IMG/VR virus record: IMGVR_UViG_3300009183_000045
DNA length: 64,000 nt
Source: a virus
Taxonomy: Duplodnaviria; Caudoviricetes
Strand: one strand, 5' to 3'
Of the stretch, positions 36,376 through 47,000 are shown in pieces (within the stretch, counting starts at the first letter, position 1; every line of letters begins with the position of its first letter). Both the position numbers and the translations under genes were made by a program. The notes beneath the pieces were generated by a model, which had not been told where the DNA came from, ran no database searches, and saw nothing but the letters and a program-made list of their open reading frames with translations.

Positions 36376-36413
36376 GTTGCTTTTAAATTGAAGGTACTAT
36401 ATTATTTAGCTAT

Positions 36414-36575
36414 ATGACTACAAAAATAACGATAGAAAATTACGGAACATTTTTTATAGACCAAAACAAAGTTGGAGAATTGATTAAATGGCTACAAGCA
36501 AATTATATAAATCCTTCTATTGGTGAAGTTGTCAATCTTCAAGCAATCAATGGCAATCAACTTATTAATGGCTAA
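36414..36575 (+). CDS. Small hypothetical protein (53 aa), not in the ORF track
   Basis: MTTKITIENYGTFFIDQNKVGELIKWLQANYINPSIGEVVNLQAINGNQLING; ends 1 nt before the dUTPase ATG. Confidence 0.6.
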   Translation: MTTKITIENYGTFFIDQNKVGELIKWLQANYINPSIGEVVNLQAINGNQLING

Positions 36576-36576
36576 T

Positions 36577-37029
36577 ATGGAACAACCAAACATTCTCAAA
36601 GCTCCTAAGATTGCCTTTAAAAAGTCCCACCCAGACGCCCAACTTCCTTTCAGGAAGAGAACCAATGATACTGGATATGATTTATTTTCAATTAGTGACG
36701 TATTAATTCCGGCAAAAGGAGATGCAGAAGTTCCAACCGGAATTACCGTAGCAAAGGTTCCATTCGGGGTGTGGTTCCTGATCTTGCCTCGATCCGGAAT
36801 GGGATTCCAGCACGGCATTCAACCTCATCTAGGAGTTATTGATAATCCTTATAGAGGAGACCTGTCTGTAAAGTTGTATAATTTTTCAGATAAAGACTAC
36901 CAGATATCTAAAGGAGATCGCATTGCACAGATAGCATACTTTCCTCTTCTGGCTCTAGAGCCAGAATGGTCAGATGAAGTAGAAAACACGGACCGGGGTG
37001 ATAAGGGGTTTGGCAATTCGGGAAAATAA
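36577..37029 (+). CDS. dut: Trimeric dUTPase
   Basis: DTGYDL, PRSGMG, GVIDNPYRGD, GDRIAQ, RGDKGFGNSG; start set at ATG 36577. Confidence 0.95.
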   Translation: MEQPNILKAPKIAFKKSHPDAQLPFRKRTNDTGYDLFSISDVLIPAKGDAEVPTGITVAKVPFGVWFLILPRSGMGFQHGIQPHLGVIDNPYRGDLSVKLYNFSDKDYQISKGDRIAQIAYFPLLALEPEWSDEVENTDRGDKGFGNSGK

Positions 37030-37030
37030 T

Positions 37031-37972
37031 ATGAGTCAAGCAAATCATTACAACAAACTCTGGGTAGAAAAATATCGTCCCAAAAATTTAAATGATGTGG
37101 TTCTTTCCGCAGAGGTCAAAGAGCATTTTGAATCCCTGAATGATGACACCCCTCATCTTTTATTTTACGGATCACCAGGAACTGGTAAAAGTACAATGGC
37201 AAAAGTCATTGTTAATGACATTTTAAAGTGTCAATACCTTTACATTAATGCTTCAGATGAAAATGGAGTAGATACTATTAGAAACAAAGTCATCAGCTTT
37301 GCTCAAACTCGCTCCGTGGATGGAAAGAAGAAAGTAGTCATCTTAGAAGAAGCTGATGGTCTCACAGGAGATAGTCTCCGTATACTTCGTAATGTCATGG
37401 AAGACTATGAAGGCACCACTCGGTTCATTCTAACAGCAAATTACTTTAACAAAGTTATTGAACCTATTAGATCAAGGTGTTTGTTATTTAAATTACAACC
37501 AGATCTCAAAGAGATAGTTATTAGGTGTATACACATTCTTCAGGCAGAAAAAATAACAGTAGAAGAATCTCAAAAATCTGCTCTTCTTGCACACATTGAA
37601 ACCAATTATCCAGATTTAAGAAGGATCATTAATGATTTGCAAAAGTTTTCAACTTCAGGAAAGTTGATCATGAAAGAGCAGCATCAAATATCAGACATAG
37701 TAAATTATGTTTATGATAATCTTCTTTGCAAAACTTCAAGCTTAGAAATTCGAGCTAAAATTATTGAAAATGAAAAAACTTTCAACGGTGATTATCAAAC
37801 TCTAATGAAGGAATTATTTGAGGTCTTTTACAATTCAAAAAATGTAAAAGAGGTGACCAAAAAGATGGCAATGTGTGATATAGGAGAGTACATGTTTAGA
37901 GACTGCACAGTACTAGACCACGAGATTAATTTTTATATGTGTATTGCCTCCTTAGAAAATCATCTCAAATAA
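37031..37972 (+). CDS. gp44: Clamp-loader large subunit (T4 gp44/RFC-like)
   Basis: WVEKYRP, GSPGTGKS, NASDENGVDTIR, LEEADGL, TANY, SRC, PDLRRIIN. Confidence 0.95.
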   Translation: MSQANHYNKLWVEKYRPKNLNDVVLSAEVKEHFESLNDDTPHLLFYGSPGTGKSTMAKVIVNDILKCQYLYINASDENGVDTIRNKVISFAQTRSVDGKKKVVILEEADGLTGDSLRILRNVMEDYEGTTRFILTANYFNKVIEPIRSRCLLFKLQPDLKEIVIRCIHILQAEKITVEESQKSALLAHIETNYPDLRRIINDLQKFSTSGKLIMKEQHQISDIVNYVYDNLLCKTSSLEIRAKIIENEKTFNGDYQTLMKELFEVFYNSKNVKEVTKKMAMCDIGEYMFRDCTVLDHEINFYMCIASLENHLK

Positions 37973-38542
37973 TTATTTGACCCTCTTAAAGGAAGCGGAA
38001 GAAGCTCCTTTAGAGTTTTTCAAAGTAACATTTTTTGTAGGCAAAGAATTGTCTACAGAATGATTGTCTAGTTTAGATTCCATGCGATAGACCTTAGCGG
38101 TTACATCCCCTACAGGTCTTTCATATCTGTTTGGAACACTTTCTAACGGTGGAAGATTGATACCATAATCTTTTACCTCCACGGAGTCGTAATCACCTGG
38201 CACAGTAAATTCATTGAATTCTGTAGGCCATTCAACTTTACGAGGATCAGTCCGAAGAACCAAATAGCAATCTCCAGCACCCTCGTTATCATTAGCATCT
38301 TTTACATTTTGTTTGGCACCATCTGCAACGACTCTTTTTATGAAGAATAAAACTTGATCTGCTATGAGTTCTTTTAAAAATTTAGCAAAAGCAGCACTGC
38401 CGGAATAATGCTTTTTAAAATAAGCATGTTTTAAAAATGAAGGTTTGAGTACCACGGCAGAACCCTCTCTAAATCCTCCATTTGAAAAGTGAGAAAAAGC
38501 AGTTTCAAATAAAGTTTCGAATTTGTTAAATTTTTGTTTCAT
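37973..38542 (-). CDS. Hypothetical protein
   Basis: 189-aa ORF; N-terminus KFETLFETA; divergent late promoter upstream. Confidence 0.7.
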   Translation of the reverse strand: MKQKFNKFETLFETAFSHFSNGGFREGSAVVLKPSFLKHAYFKKHYSGSAAFAKFLKELIADQVLFFIKRVVADGAKQNVKDANDNEGAGDCYLVLRTDPRKVEWPTEFNEFTVPGDYDSVEVKDYGINLPPLESVPNRYERPVGDVTAKVYRMESKLDNHSVDNSLPTKNVTLKNSKGASSASFKRVK

Positions 38543-38562
38543 ATAATATAGAGTTTGTCTAA

Positions 38563-38572
38563 TAAATATTTA
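38563..38572. promoter_or_regulatory. Palindromic back-to-back late promoter cores TAAATATTTA
   Basis: Perfect 10-bp palindrome giving TAAATA on both strands in the 37-nt gap between divergent genes. Confidence 0.5.
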
Positions 38573-38579
38573 CCTTAAT

Positions 38580-39095
38580 ATGGCGACTATTTATTTAGAT
38601 AATTTGATTAAACCTCAAAAGGTCCAATCGCAATTTACAAATATTGCCACAGAACCCGAGCCCCTACATTACACATACAGGGACTTACATTTAGACTTAG
38701 AGATATTTAAAAACATCGGCAACGGGTTAAATGAGGTAAATTCTAAAGACATATCGGCAGATTATGACATCCAAGCCATACGTAATTCTATTTACAACAT
38801 CTTTACTACAAAACCAGGCGAGAAAATACTATCTCCCGGTTTTGGTAGTTCTTTAGAACAATTTTTATTTGAAAGTTTGTCTGAATTTAAAGCTAATATC
38901 ATAGGAAATTTAATTTTAAACAATCTCACAAAATATGAACCTCGTATAAATGTGACTAAAGTGTTGGTACATGCTAATTATAATGATTTACAATATGAAA
39001 TATATGTTTCTTATGATATTCCTGATCATGGGTTAGTAGACACATTACAAATGAACTTTAATACCACCACCCACTCTTCTATACAAATACTATAA
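38580..39095 (+). CDS. gp25: Baseplate wedge subunit (T4 gp25-like)
   Basis: DIQAIRNSIYNIFTTKPGEKILSPGFGSSL..FLFE, YEPRI. Confidence 0.92.
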   Translation: MATIYLDNLIKPQKVQSQFTNIATEPEPLHYTYRDLHLDLEIFKNIGNGLNEVNSKDISADYDIQAIRNSIYNIFTTKPGEKILSPGFGSSLEQFLFESLSEFKANIIGNLILNNLTKYEPRINVTKVLVHANYNDLQYEIYVSYDIPDHGLVDTLQMNFNTTTHSSIQIL

Positions 39096-39099
39096 TATC

Positions 39100-40899
39100 A
39101 TGGCCAATTTTATTCAACCAACCACCTTAAATCCCAATATAGCGTTTGATCCATCTGAATTGCGCAATAAAATTATTGATAGATTGAACCAAGGCCAGGT
39201 TTTTACGGATCAAAACTATCAGGGATCTAATTTATCTGCTATTATAGATATATTGGGGTATGTTTTCGGCACATTGATGTATTATAATAGCAAAACATCT
39301 GCTGAGTCCATGTTTTCAGAGTCTCAAATATACGAAAACATGAATCGTATAGTAAAATTAATCAATTATAAGCCCATTGGAAGATTAACCCAAAATGTAC
39401 CTTTTAATTTATTAGCCTATGAATTTTTAAATTCTGCCGCATATATTATTCCGCGTTTTAGCTCCATCACATCAGGAAATACCACATTTTCATTGACTTC
39501 AGATTTAGCATTTTCTAAATTAACCAATGCAGCAGAAACAATAGCAGATGTTAACAACAATTATTTATTGCATCAAGGCTCTATAGAAGAATATCCGCTG
39601 TATAACTCAATTGGAGTTGAAAATGAAGTAATATTTTTATCATTAAATGAGTCTATTCAAATAGATCACTTCAATATTTTCGTCTATGTAAAGTCTACGG
39701 ACAAAATCTGGAGAGAATATACCCGAGTTGAAGACAGATCTACCTACACAGCAAATGATAACTTATTTGAAGCAAGATTTAATGCCAATAAACGATATGA
39801 ATTATCTTTTGGTGATGGAATAAACGGCTCACAACTCAAACAAGGAGATCTGGTAGCAGTATATTATTTAAATATTGACCCCCTTGCAATCAACATCGGA
39901 GCTGGAGCTTTGGACGGAGCCAGATTAATACCGTTTAATTCTATACAATTTCAAGAAATTCTATATGATACCGCAAATTCTTACGGCAACTACCTAGCTG
40001 CTAATCAATTTAATTTCATCCAGATGTCTAATACGTTTCCCTCTTCTGATTATTCCCCCGAAGAAACCGTAGACTCTATAAGAAACAATTCACCTAAAAC
40101 TTTTAGATCTCAACATAGATTAGTTTCCTCTCAAGATTATCAATATTTTGTTAAAACAAATTTTAACAATCTAATATCCACTTCTCATATTGCCAGTAAT
40201 GATGAATATTTGAGGGGGCATATGAGGTATTTGTATAACATAGGACTTAACAAGCCTCAATCAGAAACTTTGGTGTTATTCAATCAAGTCAAATTTGCTA
40301 ACAGTTGTAACTTTAATAACATTTACGTATATTCTGTACCGGTCAGAGATCAATTATACCTATCTTCACCTCAAAAAGAATACATCTTAAATGAAATCAA
40401 TAATTTAAAAACTATTACCTCTCAAATAGTTTTTATGGATCCAGAATACATACTTTTTGATTTTTACACCAAAAGGGCAGACGGTTCTTTTGACACGAGC
40501 GATATAAAACAAAGCAAATTGAGAATATACAAAAATTCAAATGTCAGAAGATCTAATTCTGCCATTTTATATGATGTTATTCAAGTAATAACCCAAGCCT
40601 TTAATAAAAGCACATCATCCTTAGGTCAAGACATTAATACTCATCAATTATCAACAGACATTCTATCCATAGACGGAATCAAATCTTTGGAAACTTATAG
40701 AGCTGATATAGACAGTGGAGTCAACGAAATTTCTTTGATGGCTTGGAATTCCAAATACCCTTCAGATGACGTAAATGTGTATACTCAATCCATACGGTTA
40801 GATTATTTTCAATTTCCTCTATTTAATGAAATAGCCAATCTATCAAATCGTATAGAAATTGTAGATTTGTCTAATTCCATCAAAGTACCTGAATTTTAA
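39100..40899 (+). CDS. gp6: Baseplate wedge subunit (T4 gp6-like)
   Basis: FTDQNYQGSNLSAIIDIL, ESMF..SQIYEN, FGDG..G, ETVDSIR...P..F.SQ.R.V...DY. Confidence 0.88.
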   Translation: MANFIQPTTLNPNIAFDPSELRNKIIDRLNQGQVFTDQNYQGSNLSAIIDILGYVFGTLMYYNSKTSAESMFSESQIYENMNRIVKLINYKPIGRLTQNVPFNLLAYEFLNSAAYIIPRFSSITSGNTTFSLTSDLAFSKLTNAAETIADVNNNYLLHQGSIEEYPLYNSIGVENEVIFLSLNESIQIDHFNIFVYVKSTDKIWREYTRVEDRSTYTANDNLFEARFNANKRYELSFGDGINGSQLKQGDLVAVYYLNIDPLAINIGAGALDGARLIPFNSIQFQEILYDTANSYGNYLAANQFNFIQMSNTFPSSDYSPEETVDSIRNNSPKTFRSQHRLVSSQDYQYFVKTNFNNLISTSHIASNDEYLRGHMRYLYNIGLNKPQSETLVLFNQVKFANSCNFNNIYVYSVPVRDQLYLSSPQKEYILNEINNLKTITSQIVFMDPEYILFDFYTKRADGSFDTSDIKQSKLRIYKNSNVRRSNSAILYDVIQVITQAFNKSTSSLGQDINTHQLSTDILSIDGIKSLETYRADIDSGVNEISLMAWNSKYPSDDVNVYTQSIRLDYFQFPLFNEIANLSNRIEIVDLSNSIKVPEF

Positions 40900-40901
40900 A
40901 A

Positions 40902-43900
40902 ATGATAACTCCTACCGACTTTTCTATTAGTCCATCCTCCGGTGAATCCGGGGTCACAAATTTTGAATTAGATTCTGGTATTGTAGATACATCTTACAAA
41001 GTCACTTGGTATTTTGGTGACGGAAGCACCTTCTCTGGGCTTAAAGCTTCTCATACATATACATCTCCTGGAAAATATATAATTTCTTCAATAATATATC
41101 ACGGCTCTGATGCACCTGTGTTTTTACAAAAAGAAGTTGAAATATCTTTAAATTTAAACAATTCTATATGTTTTAGTTTTATACCCCCTCCAACATTTGC
41201 TGGACATTATAATAGATATCCGTTTAGAGTCAATATAACCTCTCCTGATGTACAAGACCATTATGTAAATCTTGGGTGCCAATTTTCTCGATCCGACTCC
41301 CCTCAAGATATACCGAATAAATGGTCTTTCTTAAGGCCACAGTGGAGATTTTTTGACGTCAAAGGAAATCCAGTTCAAAAAATCAAAACAATAGACACAC
41401 TTATAAAGGCAAACAGTGCAGGTAATATAGACCCTCTAGGCACCAATGTAATAGGAGTTTCTGGATATGCTGATTTTTACTTCACTGATGATATATACAA
41501 TTTTGATTTAGCGACTAGCAATCAACCATACACCACAATTATAGCCACCCTAGACACTTTAGATTCAAAAGACTTTACTTTACAATCAGATTCACAGAAC
41601 CTTCTCCCGAGCTTCGCAAATAGTTTAGCATCTGTTACTTGTCCTCATGTTTTTTTATGGAGAACTCCAGATTATTTAAAAATATCTGAAAATGGAATAC
41701 GCAAACACTCCAATCCTAGATGGACATCTAGCAATGTGCCTATAATGGTAAATTCCAATTTCAATACGGAGGTTTATGATCCATTTAAAGAAGGTAACGG
41801 TGTTAAAGTAATAAACCCAGATTCATTTTTCGTTCATAATTTTCCTGTAGACAACAGAGATTCTTTATATTTAAATCTTCAAAGTCCTAATCATAATGTA
41901 GCATTTTTTCCTGAACCCTCTTTAGAATGGACAGATAGTTCTTATTATAAGACACCTGGATACTACAAAGGAGTTTATAACCTACAAGAAGTTAGTGCTA
42001 CTAATTTACAAATAAATGCAGGGTTAACATTCAATATACCACCACTATCCGGCAATTATTACAGTCCATTGTTGTGGTTGTCTACGCCCTGTAAAAATCA
42101 ATTATATATTTCAGAACATCAAAAATTTCCAGAACTGCGCAACATATCAAGTAATGACCCAGTCTATACTCGCACAGTATTTCTATCCAGTACTCCAGCT
42201 TCTAATAACTATACAATTGCAGCAAATCTTTTACCGGATTATCATGCTTGGGTGTTAGATGAAAAATTTAAAAAAATACATAGAGTATCTTCCTTTGGTC
42301 AAATTTTAACATCAATAGATATACCCAAATTACTAGAAAATTCTCTGATTATTTCTTTGTCTGGTTTGGCTGAAAATTATCTCGCCCCCTCTTTTTTAAT
42401 AACTGACAGGGATAAAAATCTCTGGGTTTCTTTAAAGAATGGCATATCTTCTTTTAAATTGGATTCTTTTGGAAATTTTTTAACAGCAACCAATCCATTT
42501 ATTTCCGGAGGATATCGAGAGCACACTAAGCCGGTTAATGTTGAAACAGACACTCAGAGCAATTTATATGTGTCTTATACAAACTCTTCCGAGGTTTCGG
42601 GTTTTGTGGTAAAGTACTTTCCAGACGGCACTATATGTGAAACTAGAAATTTTTTAGAACCTGTAGCCAAGTGCAATCATATAAAATGTGATAATTCAAA
42701 TCATGTTTGGTTTGTACATTCTTTGGATCCAGTAAATAATTTTGACATAATAGAAAAAAAATCTGCAGAAGGCAATTTAGTATATTACACAGCAGCCAGT
42801 GCCACCAGTGCTGCTCAATTTGGGCCGTATAATAATGTAAATTATTTAACATTAGACAAACATCAAAATTTGTGGTTTACCTGTAACAATAAAAGTTTAT
42901 ATAAAATATCTTCAATTACATATGAAATTTCTAGCATAGAATTAATCAGCGAATTATCACCAATTGTTCCAGAAAGCAGATATGCTATTACCGGCCTGGC
43001 TTCTAATTTTAGTGGTAAGATATATGCCATTAATTCAGATGAAAATTTAGTATATGTAGTTAATGATTCTATGGTTATAGAAGATACGTTTTATATAAAA
43101 GCCTCTTCTTGTGCGGTGGGAGATTGGACTGGATTTAATTGGATTAACAAATATGGTGCTTCTATCCCTGAATTTTCTGTGGAAGAAACTTATAAAACCA
43201 TATATGGCAATTCAGAACCTTTAGATTTTTATGTAGACACTGCTACAAATTATAATTTTTTAAAGGTGAATGAAAATTATGATCTAGCCAAGACGCTAAA
43301 AGGCTATGCCTTTACACCCAAATTGAATGAAAGTCCGGAATTGTTTGATAAATTTTTTGGTTCCTTATATGGTCAGTATCCATTTAAGCCTAATGATCCT
43401 GGAGTTGAAACTTATCAAAAAATTGCAAATTTTGTATCCAACCACAATGACATAGATACTTGCAATATTGATCAATTATATAGTAATTCTGAAATGGTAG
43501 ATTTATTAACAGATGATTTTCGTTTAAAATATCCAGCTTCTATTCAAAGGTTGATGGATCTTGCTAGTATCAATCAAAGTAGATTGAGAGGTTCAACAGA
43601 TTCTGCTGGGTTAGAATTTAATGCCCGCAATCAATCTGGATTCTTCAATAGAGGCACTCTTATATCATCCTTTTCCTATAGAGTTTCTGGTGGTATTCCC
43701 TTGGTCCTAGGAAACAAAACAACATACAATCCTTATAAATTGATATACACCGGGAGAATAGGAGGCAAACGGTATTATGACATAGACGTATTGGCAGATT
43801 ACCTAGGTCTTCCTTATCCGTGGAGAAATGAATATGAATTTTATACCTACGTGCCTTCAACAGAGGGGGATCAATTAGAAGGTATAATAGACTGGAATAA

Positions 43901-44021
43901 TCCTCAAACAACTATTAGTTTTTCTAATTCCTCCTCCAATGTTTGGTCAGGACATGAAGGAATTTTAGAAACAGTTTTTGGTTACGAACTCTATAAAGGT
44001 TTAAATCTCTTGAACGATTAA
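40902..44021 (+). CDS. Large baseplate protein with PKD domain and beta-propeller region (gp7-position)
   Basis: WYFGDG PKD motif, NHL-like repeats, C-terminal helical segment; directly follows gp6. Confidence 0.65.
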   Translation: MITPTDFSISPSSGESGVTNFELDSGIVDTSYKVTWYFGDGSTFSGLKASHTYTSPGKYIISSIIYHGSDAPVFLQKEVEISLNLNNSICFSFIPPPTFAGHYNRYPFRVNITSPDVQDHYVNLGCQFSRSDSPQDIPNKWSFLRPQWRFFDVKGNPVQKIKTIDTLIKANSAGNIDPLGTNVIGVSGYADFYFTDDIYNFDLATSNQPYTTIIATLDTLDSKDFTLQSDSQNLLPSFANSLASVTCPHVFLWRTPDYLKISENGIRKHSNPRWTSSNVPIMVNSNFNTEVYDPFKEGNGVKVINPDSFFVHNFPVDNRDSLYLNLQSPNHNVAFFPEPSLEWTDSSYYKTPGYYKGVYNLQEVSATNLQINAGLTFNIPPLSGNYYSPLLWLSTPCKNQLYISEHQKFPELRNISSNDPVYTRTVFLSSTPASNNYTIAANLLPDYHAWVLDEKFKKIHRVSSFGQILTSIDIPKLLENSLIISLSGLAENYLAPSFLITDRDKNLWVSLKNGISSFKLDSFGNFLTATNPFISGGYREHTKPVNVETDTQSNLYVSYTNSSEVSGFVVKYFPDGTICETRNFLEPVAKCNHIKCDNSNHVWFVHSLDPVNNFDIIEKKSAEGNLVYYTAASATSAAQFGPYNNVNYLTLDKHQNLWFTCNNKSLYKISSITYEISSIELISELSPIVPESRYAITGLASNFSGKIYAINSDENLVYVVNDSMVIEDTFYIKASSCAVGDWTGFNWINKYGASIPEFSVEETYKTIYGNSEPLDFYVDTATNYNFLKVNENYDLAKTLKGYAFTPKLNESPELFDKFFGSLYGQYPFKPNDPGVETYQKIANFVSNHNDIDTCNIDQLYSNSEMVDLLTDDFRLKYPASIQRLMDLASINQSRLRGSTDSAGLEFNARNQSGFFNRGTLISSFSYRVSGGIPLVLGNKTTYNPYKLIYTGRIGGKRYYDIDVLADYLGLPYPWRNEYEFYTYVPSTEGDQLEGIIDWNNPQTTISFSNSSSNVWSGHEGILETVFGYELYKGLNLLND

Positions 44022-44042
44022 CTTGTTTGCTAAATATTAGTC

Positions 44043-47000
44043 ATGTCTAACAGCATTCAAGCTTTTAATATACAGACCATAGGCATCTGGCCTAATGAAA
44101 CGTATCAAATAAATCCGTTGGATCAATACATAGATCCAAATGCTGGGTTTTTACCCGCGGAAAATATGTTTCGGTATTTAAACAATTCCTTGAATGAAAC
44201 AGACTCTTTTCACACTGTAAATTATTCTGGCATAACTTACAACTTTTCTCCAATAGTTAGTCAATATGCAATAGACACCACTCCAAACTCTAAGTTTGTA
44301 TGGGATTTAACCTCTCACCGCAAAAATTATAATTTTGGACCACAATTTAATTATTTCTATGCTCTGTCCAATCCAGGAACTGATGCATACTATCGCAAAT
44401 ATTATGCATATCTCTTATATCCAGCTCGTTTATTTCTAAAACCCCTTTCTTTGCAGAAAAATGCTTCTTCTTGGACTCTCACCACAAGCACGGTTCTAGT
44501 ATCTCCTCAAACCTATTTCTTTTCGGGGTCTAGTCATGAATTTCCTTCATATCTTCAGCACACCCAACACATAAACACCAAACCCACTTTTTACCCTCTC
44601 CCAATAGACACTGCAAATAATTTTATATTTGAATTATCTGCCTGTAGGATGATGAAAGATGTTCCGGTGGTTTCTTTTACAGGAGATTTTAATCCCTACA
44701 GTGCTAGTAGATCTTTGGATCGGATAGGTGGGTGTATTAGACCAGATTCTACATTTATTTCTTATAATGTTGACTACACTCAACCCACTGGAAGCACTTC
44801 TTCATTGGGTCAAGTGTTGCCCGACACGGACCCCTTAATATCTCACGCATTTAAAACTTCTTATATTCTCAACCAATCAGAATTATCCTCTGGTAAATTA
44901 CAAAAATTTCAACTGCTTCAAAATAGGCCCCAAGAAGGCACTAAAAATTTAGGAGATTCCTCTTATTGCATACTCAGTGCAGTTTTTAATTTGTCGTCTA
45001 CAAATTTACAATATTTTAATTTACAGTTTATTAAGGAAAATTTTACTCATGTAAACGCGGTTACTGGCCGCGCCGGAAGCATAATAGGTGCTTCTTATAT
45101 AATAGACAGTGATAAATTTCTATTTTCAAATGAATCATGTCAAAGCACGTTTACTTCTTTTCAAATTAACGGCAGTGTTAAAACCCTAGGAATACCTGTA
45201 AATTACCAGAATCTGACAAGCAGTTCTACCTGGATAACAAAATATCCTCCACATTATTATAGTTATAAAACCTCTTTATATTCTCCTAGTAATGGTTACA
45301 ATAGCAAAGCAGATACCTGTAATCTAACATTCTTTCTACAAACATCTGTTTTAAATTTAACAACTTCCAATGCTTTACTTTCTTCTTTTATAGGATCAGA
45401 TTATAATGCATTGACTTACAATCTCCCGGATAACAATTTAAATGAATATATTAAATTTGAATTATTATCAGATAATTCATTGTTTAGAAACAACAATTCT
45501 TTAAGTGCTATTAATTTTTATTATGGTCCTTCATTAAACGTGCCTTATAATATAGAAATTTCTCCGTGGGTTCCGGTATCTTCTGCTTGTAAGCTGTTTA
45601 TAGATTATCCGGGCACCCCTTATGGTGAAACATTTTTAACAATTCGTTCCACTTTAAGCTCACCCGCTGGATATTTGGCATCTAAAGAAGCCGTAAACAT
45701 CTTTTTTGCACCAAATCAAACTCAATCTGCAGTTGGTAGTCCTATTTTTCTAGATTTAATAGATCAGCCCGTAGATGCATTCGACGTTACCAGTGCCTTT
45801 CTAACGGCAGCACCACAATGGCCTACTAAAAATTTAATAGGTTCTTTTATTTCCTGGGATTTCTTTCCCAAAACAATAGGAGCTCAACTTTATTCTATAG
45901 ATTCTTTAGGCAATCCTTTATTAGCACTTTCTGCTAATGAAAAAGTTGCTTTTTCTGATCTTACCCAAAATGTTAGATTGTCTGGTACAGGATTTTCGAC
46001 AGTGGTGATATATCTATCTTCCCAAAAATATAATCAAACCACTTCCCTCACTTCCAACTCTGCTTTATATGACCCGTTTGTTTTAAACAAATTTATTATA
46101 GGCCCCAATTCTGTTTTATCTAACGTTAACCGCACTCGAACAATAAGCTTAACAGCATTGCTGCCTTACGGGAATCAATTGTATAGCATACCTTACAACA
46201 CCCCAGTCTCTTGGACGTGGGATTATACCACAAACACTGCCCCTTCTAGAGGACCCATCAATGCATATTACGGACCTAACAAGACTCCATATGTGTATGC
46301 AACTGAAATGAGTGTTAATGTCTTAAGTTCTATTTATTTAGAAATAACTCCCACAGACAACGATTCAATTCCAGTTCTCAACCATGTTAGGGCTCACCTG
46401 AGCAGCAAAGTCAGAGTACCTGCCATATACTCAACCTATGAATTCGTTGTTGATGATTTTCCTGCTCGCTCTGTATTAAATTCAGATTTTCGTATAGGAT
46501 ATACAAGCTTTCAAAGCCCATCAGGAACTATTTTAGATACTGGTTTAGATCAATATGTTTTAACAAGGCCACAAGACGGAACAAATATATTATCCTTGTC
46601 TAGTTACGCTAATTCACACATCAGTCCCTCTACTACCTATGTATGGACCATTTCTGATAATGCAAACACCTTGTCTTCTGTTACGGTTCCGTATTCAAAT
46701 CATTTTATTAATTATAACATTAAAACTGCTGCAACTGCAACCTACATTTCATTAAGTGCAGTCAAAGCCGTAGTTGACGCCTGGGGCAATGTCAATATAA
46801 CTGATAATTCAGAATTTTTATCATCCCCGGAACATAGTGTAGAGACTAGTGTTTACATATATACACCCACTTCTGCAGAATTTTATAAGCCATTAGAATT
46901 TGTTATTTATCCCGAGTATGCTTGGTTGGGTGGTCGTCAATTAACATTATTAACTCCTTCTAATTACACCCTTTCCAAGGCACCTTCAGCATATTCTCAT

